Notes: generated by a model from the sequence alone, not told the origin. A stretch of 64,000 nucleotides of DNA from Octopus sinensis (GCF_006345805.1 NC_043009.1:37262001-37326000); one strand, 5' to 3'; counted from the stretch's first letter, positions 12,811-27,476 are shown. A program made the numbers and translations.

Positions 12811-13639
12811 ACACATCTTATCTTTAATTAAAGACAAGTAATTGACGTATCTGTAATTTAATACTTGAATTAATTCTCTAGAATGCGTTATATACGCAAA
12901 TCAGTTTATTGGAATTATTTTAGCCCTTAGCAATTGCAAGTTAATAAGAATTTATAGAGGGAACTCGGTTGCTAATAAAACTTCTATAAAATTTCAAGAC
13001 AAGTTCTAATTTAGCTCAGGTGATATTTCTGTTTCTGTTAACGAAGATATTAATTATAAAGACAAGTTGTCTGCATCTGTCTATAATTTACATTGTTGGC
13101 TAAAATCCAATGACATATTTGCATATGCGCGCACGCACACACACTCACAAACACACAATGCCTATACACATACAGACACATGAATTAACAAGCCCCTTCA
13201 TAAAGCACAATGCATGAATATTTTATGAATATATTTAAATGTGAAACAAATGAAAACTACATAATGCTATACCTTCTATGACATATGTCAACAAGCCTTT
13301 CGAAGATAAGATCTTTAAGTGACGAATTTTAATCATTACAGGGTTCTAGTATATACTCTGTATACAGTATTGTCTAAAAGGAAGTGTGAGAGAAAGTGTA
13401 TATTATTAGTGTGAGTATGTTGTGTGCGTATGAGAGATAGGGAATGAATTAGTGTCAGGGAGAGAGACAGAGACAGACAGAGAGAGAAAGAGAAGAAAAG
13501 GGAGAGAAGTGGGCATCTCACCAATCCATTATAACTATCAGTCTTTCAGTATCTCTTTTCATGACTCCCTTCCATTTTATTCTAGCTGGACCTCGGCCCC
13601 AGGGTTTTTCTTCATGCATCATTCTAGGATGATGATCTT

Positions 13640-13930
13640 AAGGCGGTGAGCTGGCAGAAACGTTAGCGCGCCGGACGAAATGCTTAGCGGTATTTCGTCT
13701 GCCGCTGCGTTCTGAGTTCAAATTCCGCCGAGGTCGACTTTGCCTTTCATCCTTTCGGGATCGATAAATTAAGTACCAGTTACGCACTGGGGTTGATGTA
13801 ATCGACTTAATCCCTTTGTCTGTCCTTGTTTGTCCCCTCTATGATTAGCCCTTTGTGGGCAATAAAGAAACAAGAATCGTTAGTACGCCGGATAAAATGC
13901 TTAGCAGCATTTTTCTGGTTTTACGATTTG
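13640..13930 (+). mobile_element. SINE family A
   Basis: Full head and core, plus a partial second unit. Confidence 0.88.
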
Positions 13931-15265
13931 AATTAAATAGTTGTCTTAATAATAATGCACTGTTGTATCTATGAACCGTCATTATGCCCCTAATAAACAC
14001 ATGCATTTGTTCTATTTCAGTTCTTTATCAATTTTTATTTGTGAATTGGCTGACCTATTAAGAAGTTAACTAATCGATTGTTTGACTAATTGTTCGGTCA
14101 ATCACTTATTTCGCTAGGTTTATCACAGTTCTTTCGACATCCTTCGTGAATTCATCGATGACATGCCCTTTCTACTCCAGGTCTGTTTCATTAGCGATCT
14201 TTAGTCCCCTTACAAATGAAAAATTAAAAAGTATTCCTTGGCAGAGCAGTCTAGTAGTTTATGAACCTTCTCACCACAAGAAATACGTTATTCATAGTCC
14301 TTTCTATTAGCAGCAAGATAAAGAGAATCGTTAGAATTACGCTCTCCATGTTGCAAAGGCCTTGGAGTAGACCTGGTGTGTGTGGGGGGGAGCATGTTAT
14401 TGATGAAGTCGTAAATGGTGATGAAAGGACTTTGATAAACCTAGCCGAACTATTAATCAAATAATCGATTAGTTAATTGGCTAAATGGTAAATCAGTTGA
14501 CAAATGAAAAATAAGAAACTAAATAAAACTAACGCGTATATTTATTATTGATATAATTGTCCCATCCTCCACCGGATACAACAATATATGTTTCAACACC
14601 TGAATTTACATAAAAAAATCCTGGAAACCAGATACAAAAATAAAATAATAAAGTATATTTCTACAAACCTTTATGAATATATTTCACCATGTAGTAACTG
14701 ATTACATTCATAAATTTAAGACCCATTCTACACTATACGAAAACATATCGTTTTTGTAGGTTAATTCTTTGGTAAATCGTAAGCAACAATCATCAAAATC
14801 CATCACAGACTTTATTCAGGCTTTCTGGCTTTAAACCAAGATTGTTGTTTTTAAAAGATATCTGCCATTGAAAATTATGAAGAAAAAAAAGCATATAAAA
14901 TGCTTTTAATACAAGTTTATAAGAGAATACTATACTTCAACTGTACGTGAACTCAAGTCACATGATACAATATAGCATTATATTGAAATATAGCACAATA
15001 TAGAATTGTGACATTCTCAAATGTATTATAATCTCTCCAGTTCACAATAAATGACTTATTCCCCTGATGCGTTATCCGGGCTTTTACAACATGGTCATTG
15101 CAGTTGTCATGATACTCTTTATCTGGACGCTAATAGAAAGATGTATGAATGCTGCGGGGTTTTTTTTTTTATGAATTCTCAAATATTTTTCATTCATATG
15201 GGGACAAAATAACGCTACTGAAAGGTATGAAATCTATGCATTTTGCTGTGAATGGGATTGCTTAG

Positions 15266-15359
<94 letters not shown>

Positions 15360-16326
15360 GCATGTGTGTATGCTGAGTATCCCGTCGTTGCCGGGTAGTT
15401 TTCACAATAGAACAGTAAAACTGGAACAAAAGCCGTCAAACATTTTGTCCGGTGTGCTAAAGATTCAATTAGTTCACCTTGCAGTTGTTTCGCATTTTAC
15501 TCAATACAAAAATTCAGTTGTTATAGCTACAATAAATTATAAAACTGTTGACACTTTAATTGATTCAGAAAGTACAGAAAATTTTATTAGCAGCCCTACT
15601 AATATGAAATTTAATTATTTTATAATTATAATGTCCTTTTATAATTACAATTGCACAAAAGACAGTATTTAAAGGCAATATTTTTTAAGATGTAACTTTT
15701 AAAGAGAATGCTTGTTACTAGCAGCAATATATGTTAATATTATTCCACGGTTATTTTGAAAAAGCTATAAAATTGTTGGGTTTTATAGAGAACCATGACA
15801 CATAATTTCATTTGAAATATTTTTTACTGTAGCTGATGTAAAAATGCCAGAAATAATACTGGAGGTGCAGTCTTAAGAGAGAACATCTACGAAAACTGGA
15901 TTTTTTGTATTGTATTTATCATATGTTCTACCTTGCGATTTGTTATTCATTTCTTTGCATTTAAATATGAACGCACTCAAGAAAGAGCTATATACAAAAT
16001 CTTTCGTAAGAATATACTGATTGACTTCTCTTCATTTTCCCCTGGCGGGAATGTTAAGATAATGATGGAAAATGCGTTGAAAAAATAAGGCATAAAGCGA
16101 ATGCATCGAGCAGTCTAAAGTATGGAATGCAATCGAAGACATAATCTGTTACGACGTTGGTAACACGTCAATAGATTTAAATATATTGTACTAAATCTTT
16201 AATTTCAGAAGAAAGCGCAAACGACTGAACTTAGGTGCATATTCCAAGCCAAAAGAAAAGAAATGCAGTAGCTGCCTTTGTGAGCTGTGAATTGTAAAAC
16301 AATGAGTCATACATGCATGTGTGTGT

Positions 16327-16496
<170 letters not shown>

Positions 16497-17119
16497 AGAG
16501 TTTACGAAAAAATCAAAAGACAAAGACAGGTGGTGTACAAAACAAATTGATGTATTAGTATAACGCTCAGGAACAGAAAAAGTCTTTTACGGAAAAACAA
16601 AACCCGTCAAAGGACGGATTGACTCAGGAGAGCCAACGGCCATCCAGTTATGTAATCTGTGTGTGTGTGCGTGTGTGTGTGTGTGTGTTGTGTGTGTGTG
16701 TGTGTGTGTGTGCGTGTGTGTGCATATATGCTCGAAGACTGAGAAATTTCTGGTTTGTATCCAGGCTTGCATATGGCTTACCAAGGTAGGTTCGAGTCTG
16801 AGCCTATACCAAGGCAACTAACCCAGAAAATAGAGAACAGAAAAGCCTGAGGTATGTCGTTCATTTAGTTTATGGTAAACATCTGTTCCAATTTTCTGCT
16901 ATCAGCCATCAGGTGGATTCAGCATAGGAACAAACACGTTTTGATGGAAGGTTTCAATGTTGGAATGAGTGCTGACCATCAGGTATTGTCTAACATTTTC
17001 GGTCGACATGGAATGGGGTGAATGAACTCAAATGGTTACGTCATTTTGCAGCGAATTTGATCTAAGAGCAAATAATTAGCACATGATTAATTATATAATC
17101 ACAAAGTTATTTTATATGT

Positions 17120-18135
17120 ATATGTATAAAACTCAACTTGTGTGTCTGTGTGTGTATCTGTGTGTGTGTCTGTGTGTTTAACTTCCCGGCACATCTCTTC
17201 CTAGCCAACAAATCGTAGAACCACCAAAAATGAGTCACTTAAAGTTTAGGCGAATGAAAATTGAACTGCGCTATTTCTGTTCCGAAATTCATCTCGCAAG
17301 TGCAAAAATCGATAATGTGTTTGTTTAGGCCTTATCCCATGCATTGAATAGTGAACTTTACTCAGTCAGCTGTTTGACGTGAACTGTGTTCACCACGTGT
17401 GCAAGCATGCGTAAATTGCATGAAAAATAAAAGATCCAGATATAAAAACGAATCGCCGTAAACATTGTAGAAATTCGGCAAAGGAATGAATTTTCGGGAT
17501 GTAGCCTGGAGGGTTTTTTCGTATTAATCGTTTGGACTTTGTGAACACATACCAATTGCTTTCATAACATTTTTAACGCTTTGAATTAAACGTGACCATT
17601 TTGCGTTGAGTCTGCAGTTTGAATCACTTTAACCAAATTTTAGCAAGCCGGATTTTAGATCATCACGATACATCGCCAGCGACTCCCTGAATCTCTCCCC
17701 TGAAATCCCTGTTGAGAAATCTATATATATAAAACTCAACTTGTGTGTCTGTGTGTGTGTCTGTGTGTTTAACTTTTGGATCTACCAAGTTTCATTATTA
17801 AGGATGGAAAGTAGTGTGTAGAAAATCTATATATATAAAGCTGAAGTTGTCTGTGTGTGGCAGGTTTGGTAGCCTTCAACTCACACTATCTCCTTCGAGA
17901 CCCTGCAGCGCAAGTTGTCCAAAATTGAGAGTATGATAGAAGAAGGCTTGCTCTTCATTCTGTAGAAGATAAAAATTCAAATCGGACCATGTTAACACCA
18001 AAAATTATTTACATCAAAAAGGTACTTTTTTTCTATGAAAATCCCTATTTTTTACGATTTTTGACTGCTGTGTCACCATTATTCGGTGTATTTCAACTGG
18101 AAAAATGTTCACATGAAGACAATAACAAGTTGCAT
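17120..18135 (+). mobile_element. Cluster of Helitron-like 5' ends
   Basis: TCTATATATATAAA-xx-aa[cg]ttgt starts at about 17720 and 17825, with a duplicate of the 17720 start at about 17120. They resemble the 5' end of the complete Helitron at 54909. Confidence 0.5.
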
Positions 18136-18177
18136 AATATATATATATATGTATGTATTCTGTTCTTTAAGACGATT

Positions 18178-18560
18178 TAGATGACCGAATTCATTGACAT
18201 TATGGTTTGATAACAAATTAAATGCCATTCATTACGATTCAATGTAACTTGTTCAAATGTTTCTGCAGGATTCTTTGTCACTTTCCGGTTAGCTTTGAGC
18301 TTATCTTTGTGTCTGACCCATGGTTTTCTTATACTTCTCCTTCTACTATAGTCTATTGGATTTCTGATGTCACTCATTCTAATGCTGGTGGTGAGACCGA
18401 CAGCTTTACTTGTAGTAAAGAAGCGATTAACATATGTCATCATGGAGAATTCTCTCCAGGGTCTATTTTCTGTAATGAGATGTATTCACACGTCCGAGTG
18501 TGTGCCAGTGTGTTATATTTGACTCCACACAATTATATCATATTCAACACTGCGTCGTGT
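18178..18560 (-). mobile_element. RTE-clade LINE 3' relic
   Basis: RRSIRKPWVRHKDKLKANRK..PAETFEQVTLNRNEWH resembles the RTE C-terminal GRPKLRYKDTLK..WE..A.DR..WR. Confidence 0.55.
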
Positions 18561-18688
18561 GACTTTGTACCCATACACAGGCTTACAAAAACACAGGCAC
18601 ACACACATGTATATGTCTGTATATATATATATAATTATACATACATACAAACATAGATATATACATTAATATATATATATATATATAT

Positions 18689-18897
18689 ATACTATTGAAC
18701 CTTCGGAAGGGCATTATGCCGGTAATAATAAGCACAAGTACTGGTAATTAACCCATTAGCTAACAATAACAATAAAGGATCGAACCAGTGCGTGTGTTTA
18801 TTATTACTGGCATAATGCCCCTCACAAGGTTCAATAGTATTCCTTCAATACACGAATTCACGTCAAGAATGTTGCAATCCAGATACAAATACGAACT
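18689..18897. repeat. Foldback hairpin (18689-18840) plus conserved tail shared with 44280-44335
   Basis: Arms atactattgaacct..gggcattatgccggtaataataagcac and gtgtttattattactggcataatgccc..aggttcaatagtat. Confidence 0.8.
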
Positions 18898-18900
18898 ACA

Positions 18901-18938
<38 letters not shown>

Positions 18939-19519
18939 TTTATGTGTGCGTGCAAGCGTGTTGTGAGTATGTGTGTATGTGTGTGTGTGTGTGTGTGCAT
19001 GTACAATGCTGTTAATTTAAATTATTTCCCAGTCAATTATCTTGGAATAATACAGATATTGCGTGTCTATAACAGGTCATAATAGACCATGTCATCGATA
19101 GAGGCAAATATTACATATTACAGAGATCGTAGCAGAATATTATAGATATCAGATATCCGCGTACAGCTATTGCTTCTCCTCACAAAAGTGTACTATTAAA
19201 TATAATGGTATTTTTCTGCTTGTTGTCTCTTTACAAACGTGATATATGAAATACAACTGTACTTCAGCAACACTTTCATTTTGTGGTTTTGTTATTATGT
19301 TTATATGTCTTTTCAGAGTTTTAAGAGTTTTGATCAAAGTATTAATGCTATTACCGCTTCCTAGGTAGTTTAATTCTAATAAAGGTAATTATTTTCTTTT
19401 GGCGGGAAGGCATCTAATTGTTTGTTGAAAGTGGGTATGATAGAGACCAATATTCCTCCTTTGCGTATTCAGTCTTTTAGCTGTGTAAAATTCAAATAAA
19501 GAACGGTTATTTTATTCTA

Positions 19520-19870
19520 TACTTGTTTCAGTCATTTGACTGCGGCCACTTTGAAGAATTTTAGTAGAAAAAATCTACCCAGGACTTACTTTTTAAAGCC
19601 TATTACTTATGTTATAGGTCATATTTTCTGAATCGCTAGGTTACAGAAAGTAAATTCACCTGTGGTCAAGCGGTAGTGGTGTACAAATACACACACACAC
19701 ACATAAATACGAAGGGTTTCTTTCAGTTTCCGTCTACTGAATCCACTCACAAAGCTTTGGTCGGCCCGAGGCTATAGTAGAAGTCATTCGGTCAATGTAC
19801 CACGCAGTGGGACCGAACCCGGGACCATGTGATTAGGAAGCAAGGTTCTTACCACACAGTCCCATCTGCG
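19520..19870 (-). mobile_element. SINE family B, diverged
   Basis: Reverse complement of the B head and tail. Confidence 0.8.
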
Positions 19871-20219
19871 TGTATGTTGTAGAATATTCAGAAATTTCTA
19901 ACCAACTTCTACCTTTAATTTCCACTTCAGTAAAAAAAAAGAGAAAACCATCGTGATTGTTTTAGCGGGTTGGATTTAAAACTACCAAGCTCTACTCATT
20001 GATTGCCGTCCTTCTGTGAAATTTAAACACATTAGAAACTCACATCAGTTTTGTAGAATGTCATGTGGATGGAAGTATGCAAAAGTTGTAGTTCAAAGAA
20101 TAATTGAAAGCACAGTTATACAATCGCCTAAATACAATATTTGCCTATATTTATGATTATGTATCGAGAGTGAAGGATGGCAAGGTGGCAGGACCGGACA
20201 AAACGCTTAACGCTCACCG

Positions 20220-21175
20220 AAGGCGGTGAGCTGGCAGAAACGTTAGCACGCCGGGCAAAATGCTTTGTAGTATTTCGTCCACTGCTACGTTCTGAGTTCA
20301 AATTCCGCCGAGGTCGACTTTGCCTTTCATCCTTTCGGGGTCGATTAAATAAGTACCAGTCACGCACTGGAGTCGATATAATAGACTTAATCTGTTTATC
20401 TGTCCTTGTTTGTCCTCTCTGTGTGGGTAATAAAGAAATAGGTATTTCGTCCGTCTTTATGTTCTGAGTTCAAACTCTGTTGATGCCGGCGGTTTTGCCG
20501 TTCATCCTTTCGAAATCGATGAAATAAATACCAGTTACGCGCTGAGGGCAATGTTATTGACTAGCCACATTTCAAGCTTGGGGCTTACAGTTGAAAGGAT
20601 CTTATATTGAGCATTATATGTTGAGCGAAAGTAGGCGAGCTGGAAAGGTCGTTAGCGCGTCAGACAAAACCCTGAACGGTATTTCTGTCGACTTTGCCTT
20701 TCATCCTTTCGGGGTCGATAAATTAAGTACCAGTTACGCACTGGGGTCGATGTAATCGACTTAATACTTATGTCTGTCCTTGTTTGTCCCCTCTGTGTTT
20801 AGCCCCTTGTGGGTAATAAAGAAATAGGTATTTCTTTAGGCGCTTTATGTTCTGAGTTCAAGTTACGTCTTGGTTGGTTTTGCTTTTCATCCTTTGAGGA
20901 TCGCTAAAATAAGTACCAGTCAAAGATTGGGAGCAATGTAAATTTAAACAGCAATAGTAATAACGGTTTCAAATTTTGGCACAAGGCCAGCAATTACGGG
21001 TAAATGCTAAGTCGATTACATCGACCCCAGTGCTCGACTGGTAGTTATTTCATCGCCCTCGAAAGCATGAAAGGCAAAGTCGACCTCAGCGGAATTTGAA
21101 CCCAGAATGTAAAGACGGACGAAATTCTGCTAATCATTTTGCTCGGCGTGCTAACTATTCTGCCAATTCACCACC
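20220..21175. mobile_element. Cluster of SINE family A copies (plus 20220-20930, minus 20965-21175)
   Basis: Multiple A cores of different divergence. Confidence 0.85.
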
Positions 21176-21244
21176 TTACTACTACTGCTACTGCTACTAC
21201 TACTACTACTACTACTACTACAACTACTACTACTACTACTACTA

Positions 21245-21312
<68 letters not shown>

Positions 21313-21879
21313 GTAATAATAGTTATGTTGTTGCTGTTACGATTTTTTGGCCTCCAATTTTTTAAAACGAGTCAAGGTACATAATTAAAGTACTACCAAT
21401 AGACCTTCAACCTGGAGTTGTGCTGTGTGAACACAATATACTAAACACGATATATTACAACAGAAAATAAATAAAAATAATCGGCCTTTTCGAAAACATT
21501 CTATACTCCTGAGCTGTTTTCAGCCATTTTTACTCAGTAGGCATCTCAAACCAGTTATTTTCTGTTGTAAATAATCTCATCTTCATTTATCACTTTCTCT
21601 TGAACTGTTTCTGTAAAAGAATTGTTACAGACGACATTGCCACCTGTTGAAATTTACGAAGAAACCATTGACACATTTCTCTTAAAAGATTTAATTTTGT
21701 CGTCTTCTGTATGCTGCGATCAAATTGTAAATGGAACAATAATTGAAGAACAAAAACTACTACAAGATAAAACAAACTACCGCCTACAGTGCAATATGAG
21801 ACAAATAATGCAAGTCAGTGAGGGTGCTTCTAAGTTATCATTCACTCTATTAAGAATCTTTTATCATTTAATTTGCATT

Positions 21880-22420
21880 AGTTTTTGGACTGCGGTCATG
21901 CGGGAGCACCACCTTCAGAGGTTTAGTCGAACAAATCAACAATAGTACTTATTTTTAGGTCTGTTACCTTATGCCATTGGTCTCTTATGGCGAACAGCTA
22001 AATTGCGTAGACGTATACAAACCAACACCGGTTATCAAGCGGTGTGCGGTAGACAAACACAAATACAAAAACACAGGTACATGCATACAAACACAAACAT
22101 GCATACACACACACACACATGCGCGCGCGCGCACGCTCGCACACAGAGTTTCTGTCTATCAAATGCACTAACAACGCAGTGGTCGGCACGAATACTATTG
22201 TAGAAAGCACTTGGCTAAGGTGTAGATCAATGGGACTTCACCCGAAACCACTCTATTGCAAAATAAGCTTCTTAACTACACAGCTGTAACTTAGCGGTTC
22301 GGCATAAGAGACCGATAGAATAAGTACTAGGCTTACAAAGAATAAGTCCTGGGATCGAAATGCTCGACTAAAGGCGGTGCTCCAGCATGGCCACAGTCAA
22401 ATGACTGAAAAAAATACAAA
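21880..22420. mobile_element. SINE family B fragments (old minus copy; plus-strand 3' fragment from about 22286)
   Basis: Similarity to the B consensus. Confidence 0.75.
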
Positions 22421-22559
22421 AGTAAAGAGAGAGCCAAGGTGAGCGTATGTTAGCGAAACCTTTAGCAAATCTCACCCTGTCGTCTTGCGAAAGAGCAGAG
22501 ACGTTGTGGGCCCTTTATACTTTGTCGTAGATTTTTCAATCAGGGTTAAACTACTACTA

Positions 22560-22600
<41 letters not shown>

Positions 22601-22724
22601 ACCACTACTACTACAACCACTGCTACGTAGGTAAGCTGTGGGGAGGGAAGATGTACTATTTATGGACAAATAAAAGTTAAAGGTGGTATTAGGAGATTGC
22701 GTTTTATCATTATTAGTAGTAGTT

Positions 22725-22762
<38 letters not shown>

Positions 22763-22769
22763 GGTGGTG

Positions 22770-22826
<57 letters not shown>

Positions 22827-22854
22827 TTATTATTGTTAGTAGTAGTGCTATTGG

Positions 22855-23179
22855 TAGGGTTGCCAGATAAGAAAATTAGATATACGGGACACTCTTACAA
22901 TCTCTCTAAATGAATTTATACATGCCTAGACACCCAGAAAATATATTAAATAAAAATAGAGACATAAGTTAAAAACATAAAGCGATTATTTTAATGGGTT
23001 ATGAGGAAAACAAAAGTAAAATCATCTCAAAATTATCTAATACAAGCTTTAAAAAAATGAATTCTGTTAAAGAGAAATAATTTGAAAATATTTTCTAATC
23101 TGGCAACCATAACAGCACTACTACTACTAACACTAATAACTCTAATACGATCAGTACTACCACTACTACTATTACTAAA

Positions 23180-23232
<53 letters not shown>

Positions 23233-24490
23233 TACTACTACATCATCATCGAGAAGACACGCCCAACATTAGCATTATGCGTTGGTATGCTAAATAAGAG
23301 CTGGCTCAAAATTAACAACTCGGAGTATTGTTCTTCAAATTCAATCTGCTGAAGGATAGAAAACCTTTCATGGCACAGTTTGGCCTTCCATTCATCAGGT
23401 TTTATCTGAATCTCTTTAGCAAGGGTTTTTTTAAATGTTACCATTGACAGGAAAGAATGTTGTCGTCAATTGTTATACCTCTGATTTTTTAACACTAGAC
23501 AAGACGATATGCTAGAACTGTATCTAATAACATCCATGTTGTTTGTTTGTTCCTTCTCGAGCCACGCCTGGCTCATAGAGCCGGTTCCCCGGTTTCCTTG
23601 GCATATAGGTTCCCCACCTGGATGGGACGTCGGTCCGTCGCAGGTGAGCTGCAAGATGCAGAAGGAAAGAGTGAGAGAAAGTTGTGGCGAAAGAGTTCGC
23701 CATAACCTTCTGCCGGAGCTGCATGGAGCTTAGGTATTTCGCTCATAAACACACAGATCGCCCGGTTTGAGATTCGAACCCGCAATATCTCGACCGCGAG
23801 TCCGCTGCTCTAGCCTCCACAACATCCACACCATCCATGTAAAGTTATCAAAATTTTTAAATATGAAACCCATTTCTCAAAATAGCTAATGGCAAGTACC
23901 GTAGTAGTTAGCCACTTCAAGTAGAAATTTCTCTTTCTCTTCAAATTTGACATCGTCTTTATTTAGGCAATCCTTCACACTTTTATTTAATTCTGCAACG
24001 AGTTCTTTTAAACTGCCAAACACTTCGATAATGCCGTTTTCTCTCTTTTCTATCTTCATAATCCTGTTGCTAAAAACATTCAAAACTGTGAACAAGATAT
24101 AAGTAGGCTTCGCTCAGCGGATTATTGAAGAATTCTACAAAAATTTGAGGGACCTTTTCTACAGAATCAAAAACAGATTTCAGTGCTTTAAATAACCTTA
24201 GAATTCTTTCAATTACTCTCATCAAAGAAAGCCAACTAGTTTTAGGACGTGAGAGAATTGAAGCATACTTCACACCAACAAACTCGCAAAAATCTTTCAA
24301 CTTCTCAGATCGAACAGTATAATTACTAAAGTATGAAACCAATTTAACAACTGCTTCAATATCAACAGAGAGAACATTGGCTGCGGTATGAGCAGCATTG
24401 TGCAGAATATGGGCTGGACATCCAGCACCTTCCATCGATTCATTCATGCTTTCCTTGAGTTTTGAATAGAAACAGTTATCCTTCGCCATA
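22855..24490 (-). mobile_element. Decayed hAT DNA transposon
   Basis: Transposase relics GCPAHILHNAA (CxxH), KTSWLSL (RW motif region) and FSIPTHNANVGRVFSMM (hAT dimerisation motif). TIR-like tagggttgccag at 22855. Interrupted by a SINE and microsatellites. Confidence 0.85.
23537..23820 (-). mobile_element. tRNA-derived SINE (family C variant) inserted in the hAT relic
   Basis: Matches 450-759. TSD aacatcca on both sides. Confidence 0.9.
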
Positions 24491-24559
24491 TCGCGCTTTA
24501 TTATTTAAGCTTACGTCGCTTTCTCCGTGGTGGTGTTTTGCATTTATAATAAAATAGAT

Positions 24560-24682
24560 ATATAGAAATTATAAAAAGAATTTTAAAAAATATACAGTAT
24601 AGTACTGTTTCTACTTCGCGGATTTTCACCTATCGTAGAGGTTTTAGAACGTAACACCCGCGATAGTTGAGGAATTACTGTA
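24560..24682. mobile_element. Tigger/pogo-like terminal fragment
   Basis: Ends cgtaacacccgcgatagttgaggaattactg|ta, i.e. TA|CAGTAA..CCTC..TATCGCG on the other strand. Confidence 0.5.
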
Positions 24683-24792
24683 TTTGTGGCTATGCGCAAA
24701 CGTCCACCAAAAATTAGTATTTTGTTTTATCTCCACCAAAAAACTATACATTTCTTCACGTCCAGTCCTAACTAGACGAGGCTCTCTCTCTC

Positions 24793-24884
<92 letters not shown>

Positions 24885-25249
24885 CAGAAGCTTGCTATTG
24901 TTTCCGCGGTCTCATTTCGGAGGGATCTTGTAATAATTTTATCAGCAAAATTTTCACGTGAAAAACATTGCCCAATCAAATTTTCTCAGCATTGTGATTA
25001 CTTGAATCTGTAGATATGCCATAAAAAGAAGATTTATTCATATCTTTAACAATCTCTGCAGTAACATATGGAACCACAACATTTTTATTATTACAGCAAA
25101 TTCCACACTCGTTACAATATACGTACGTGTTTCCTTTCCTTTCCTTTTCACACTTTTCTTGAAGGTATCCTCCTCTGTTTTCAATTTTTCCATCATAGAA
25201 GCGAGGTTACTGGAGCTTGCTGCCATAATCACACAAATAATCACAAATA

Positions 25250-25582
25250 ATCAACACGTGCTTCTTCGCAGATAAATTACTTTTCAAAGACTGCTGTCAG
25301 CATGTGCTTCCTCAAAGACTTTTCAAAGACTGTTACTATGGCAACAAGCAAAGGAGTTTTCATGCTCCGCTTGTTACTATCGAAACAGACATGAATATGT
25401 CTGTGGCTTGCGATTGGCTACAATTACCAAAATTTTCAAACTTTAGTTACTATTAAATCTTTATTCATTGATTTATAACGAAATTACTTTCACGTCATTA
25501 ATTAGCCTATAAAAGTGTATCATTACACTGAATATGAAATCCAATCAAACAGAATTGATGCTGGCAGCCAAACGGAAGATAT
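25250..25582 (+). repeat. Dispersed repeat (probable DNA-transposon derivative); second copy at 61388-61685
   Basis: Shared aacacgtgcttc..cagataaa..gactgttac[ta]atggcaacaagc..ttactatcgaaacagacatg..agcctataaaagtgtat..tacactgaatatgaaatc. Confidence 0.8.
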
Positions 25583-26675
25583 ATGCTAGCTTACCTTTTT
25601 CCTTAAATTATTAACTTTTGAATTCTAAATTTTTAATTTACCTTTTATCTTTTAAATTTTAATTCTTCAATTTGCATCCTTTAGCCAATTAATTGCAGTT
25701 TTATCCTACATATACCTCCTTAAGCTAGGCATTTATTTTTAGCTATCTATTTTTAGCTATCACTGATCAGTGATTACAACCGATTTAATCAATAAACATA
25801 AATACCTTCCTCCTCCAGCAAGGGGAAGCGGCTGACCTCCCCTGTTCGAAGGTTATAATGGACACAGGTTTGTGTGTCATATAGCTAGCTAGAGGCGATG
25901 GCCTCTTGGAGCTAATCAACGGCAGCTTTCGTCCTATATTTATGGACTGCCATATTAGCTTGGCGATAACTATTAATACCTTCTTCCTCCACTTTACCAA
26001 AACCCTTAAAGCCTGTCCTCTCACTCCGAACCGACACTTACGAAAAATGATTCTGGCACCTTATCTATTCTTTTTATTCTATTTTTTATTTTTATTTTTA
26101 TTTTGATTTTACTTTCGATCTCATTCATTCTTTCCCGCACCTATCCCATTCCTGTCTTCTCTCGTTCTTCATCTTGATTCCTGTCTTTCTCACTCTATAT
26201 ACCCACGCGGCCCATTTGCACACTTCATGAATGCATCATTCAAAATAATGCCAAAATTCTGCCCGGATTTATCTGGGATTTCGCATAAGGATCTATACCT
26301 TCACGGAAGTATGGACCAACATCTATAATCTCTGGGAAAAGATGAATTATACTAATTATAATAATGTTTTATTATCCTGACTGTTTTCTTATTTCTACTT
26401 TTACTCCTTATTCTTCTATTTTATTCCTTATAAACAGTGAATTTCCATGTCTAGAACTTTCATGTATACTCAATTTGTCTCTGATGACGGAATACCCAGT
26501 GTACAGACATGCTAACCTATCACTTGGGATATCTCAGTAACAGCTGTAAAAACTTCAAATTAACCTTACTCTAAATTATTATAAATGATTTGAGATACTC
26601 GTCGTACCTTGGTTTTTGATGTTCTTTTCCTTTAATGTGTATATATATATATATATATTATATATATATATAATA

Positions 26676-26724
<49 letters not shown>

Positions 26725-27264
26725 TATACCAAATTCACTCACAAGGCTAAATCGGCTCGAGGCTATGATAGAAGACACTTGCCCAAAGCCAGCAGCGGAA
26801 TTGAACCTGGAACTGTGTGACTGAGATGCAAGCTTCCTACCACACAACCACGCCTGTGTATATATGTATGTATATGTTTATTTATCTATCTGTCTATCTC
26901 TCTCTATATATATATACAGATAAAGGGTGAAATATAATTAATTTAATAAAATCAATAAATTTCACCTAGTAGTATTTCGGTATGGAAAGGACCATATTCG
27001 GTAAAAATTTATATAATTATAATAAAGGGTTTTTTGCAACAAGTTGCTTAAACCACATACCGAAAATATTAGAAATAGCAGTCAAAAGGCTACTATTACT
27101 ATTACTACAAAAATAAGTCTCCACAAACAACAGTATTTGTAACTCATATATGGTAAAAAGAAGGAAGACAATGAAATCACACATGTATGTATATATGTAT
27201 GTATAAGACACTGTGTATTTGTATGTATGCATATACATATGCATGCATATATATATATATATAT

Positions 27265-27476
27265 ATCGCCATGTTGATTCGCTAGCTTCTGCACGCATTT
27301 TTTTTCTCTCCTTGTTTCTTTCCGTGTTTCTTTTCTGTGTATCTTTCTGTTGAAGAGCGTAGGCTCGAAACGTAAAAGACTTGTTTTATTTATATTCCTG
27401 AGCGCCATACTAATACAATTGTTTGTTTGTATTCCACCTGCCTTCGTCTTTTGTTTATTTTCATAAAGCTTCCCGT
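27265..27476 (+). mobile_element. Short TA-associated Penelope-like element with hammerhead-like motif; other copies at 16494-16592, 37873-38047, 46223-46408 (opposite strand)
   Basis: tcttt-CTGTTGA-a-gagc-gtag-gctc-GAAACGTA-aaaga at 27342-27379. Family motif aaaacaaaagacgaag[ag]caggtgg on the other strand. Confidence 0.65.

Noticed and set aside
21622-21945. 107-aa ORF
   Set aside because: No recognisable domain, non-ATG start, and the 3' part runs into a SINE B relic.
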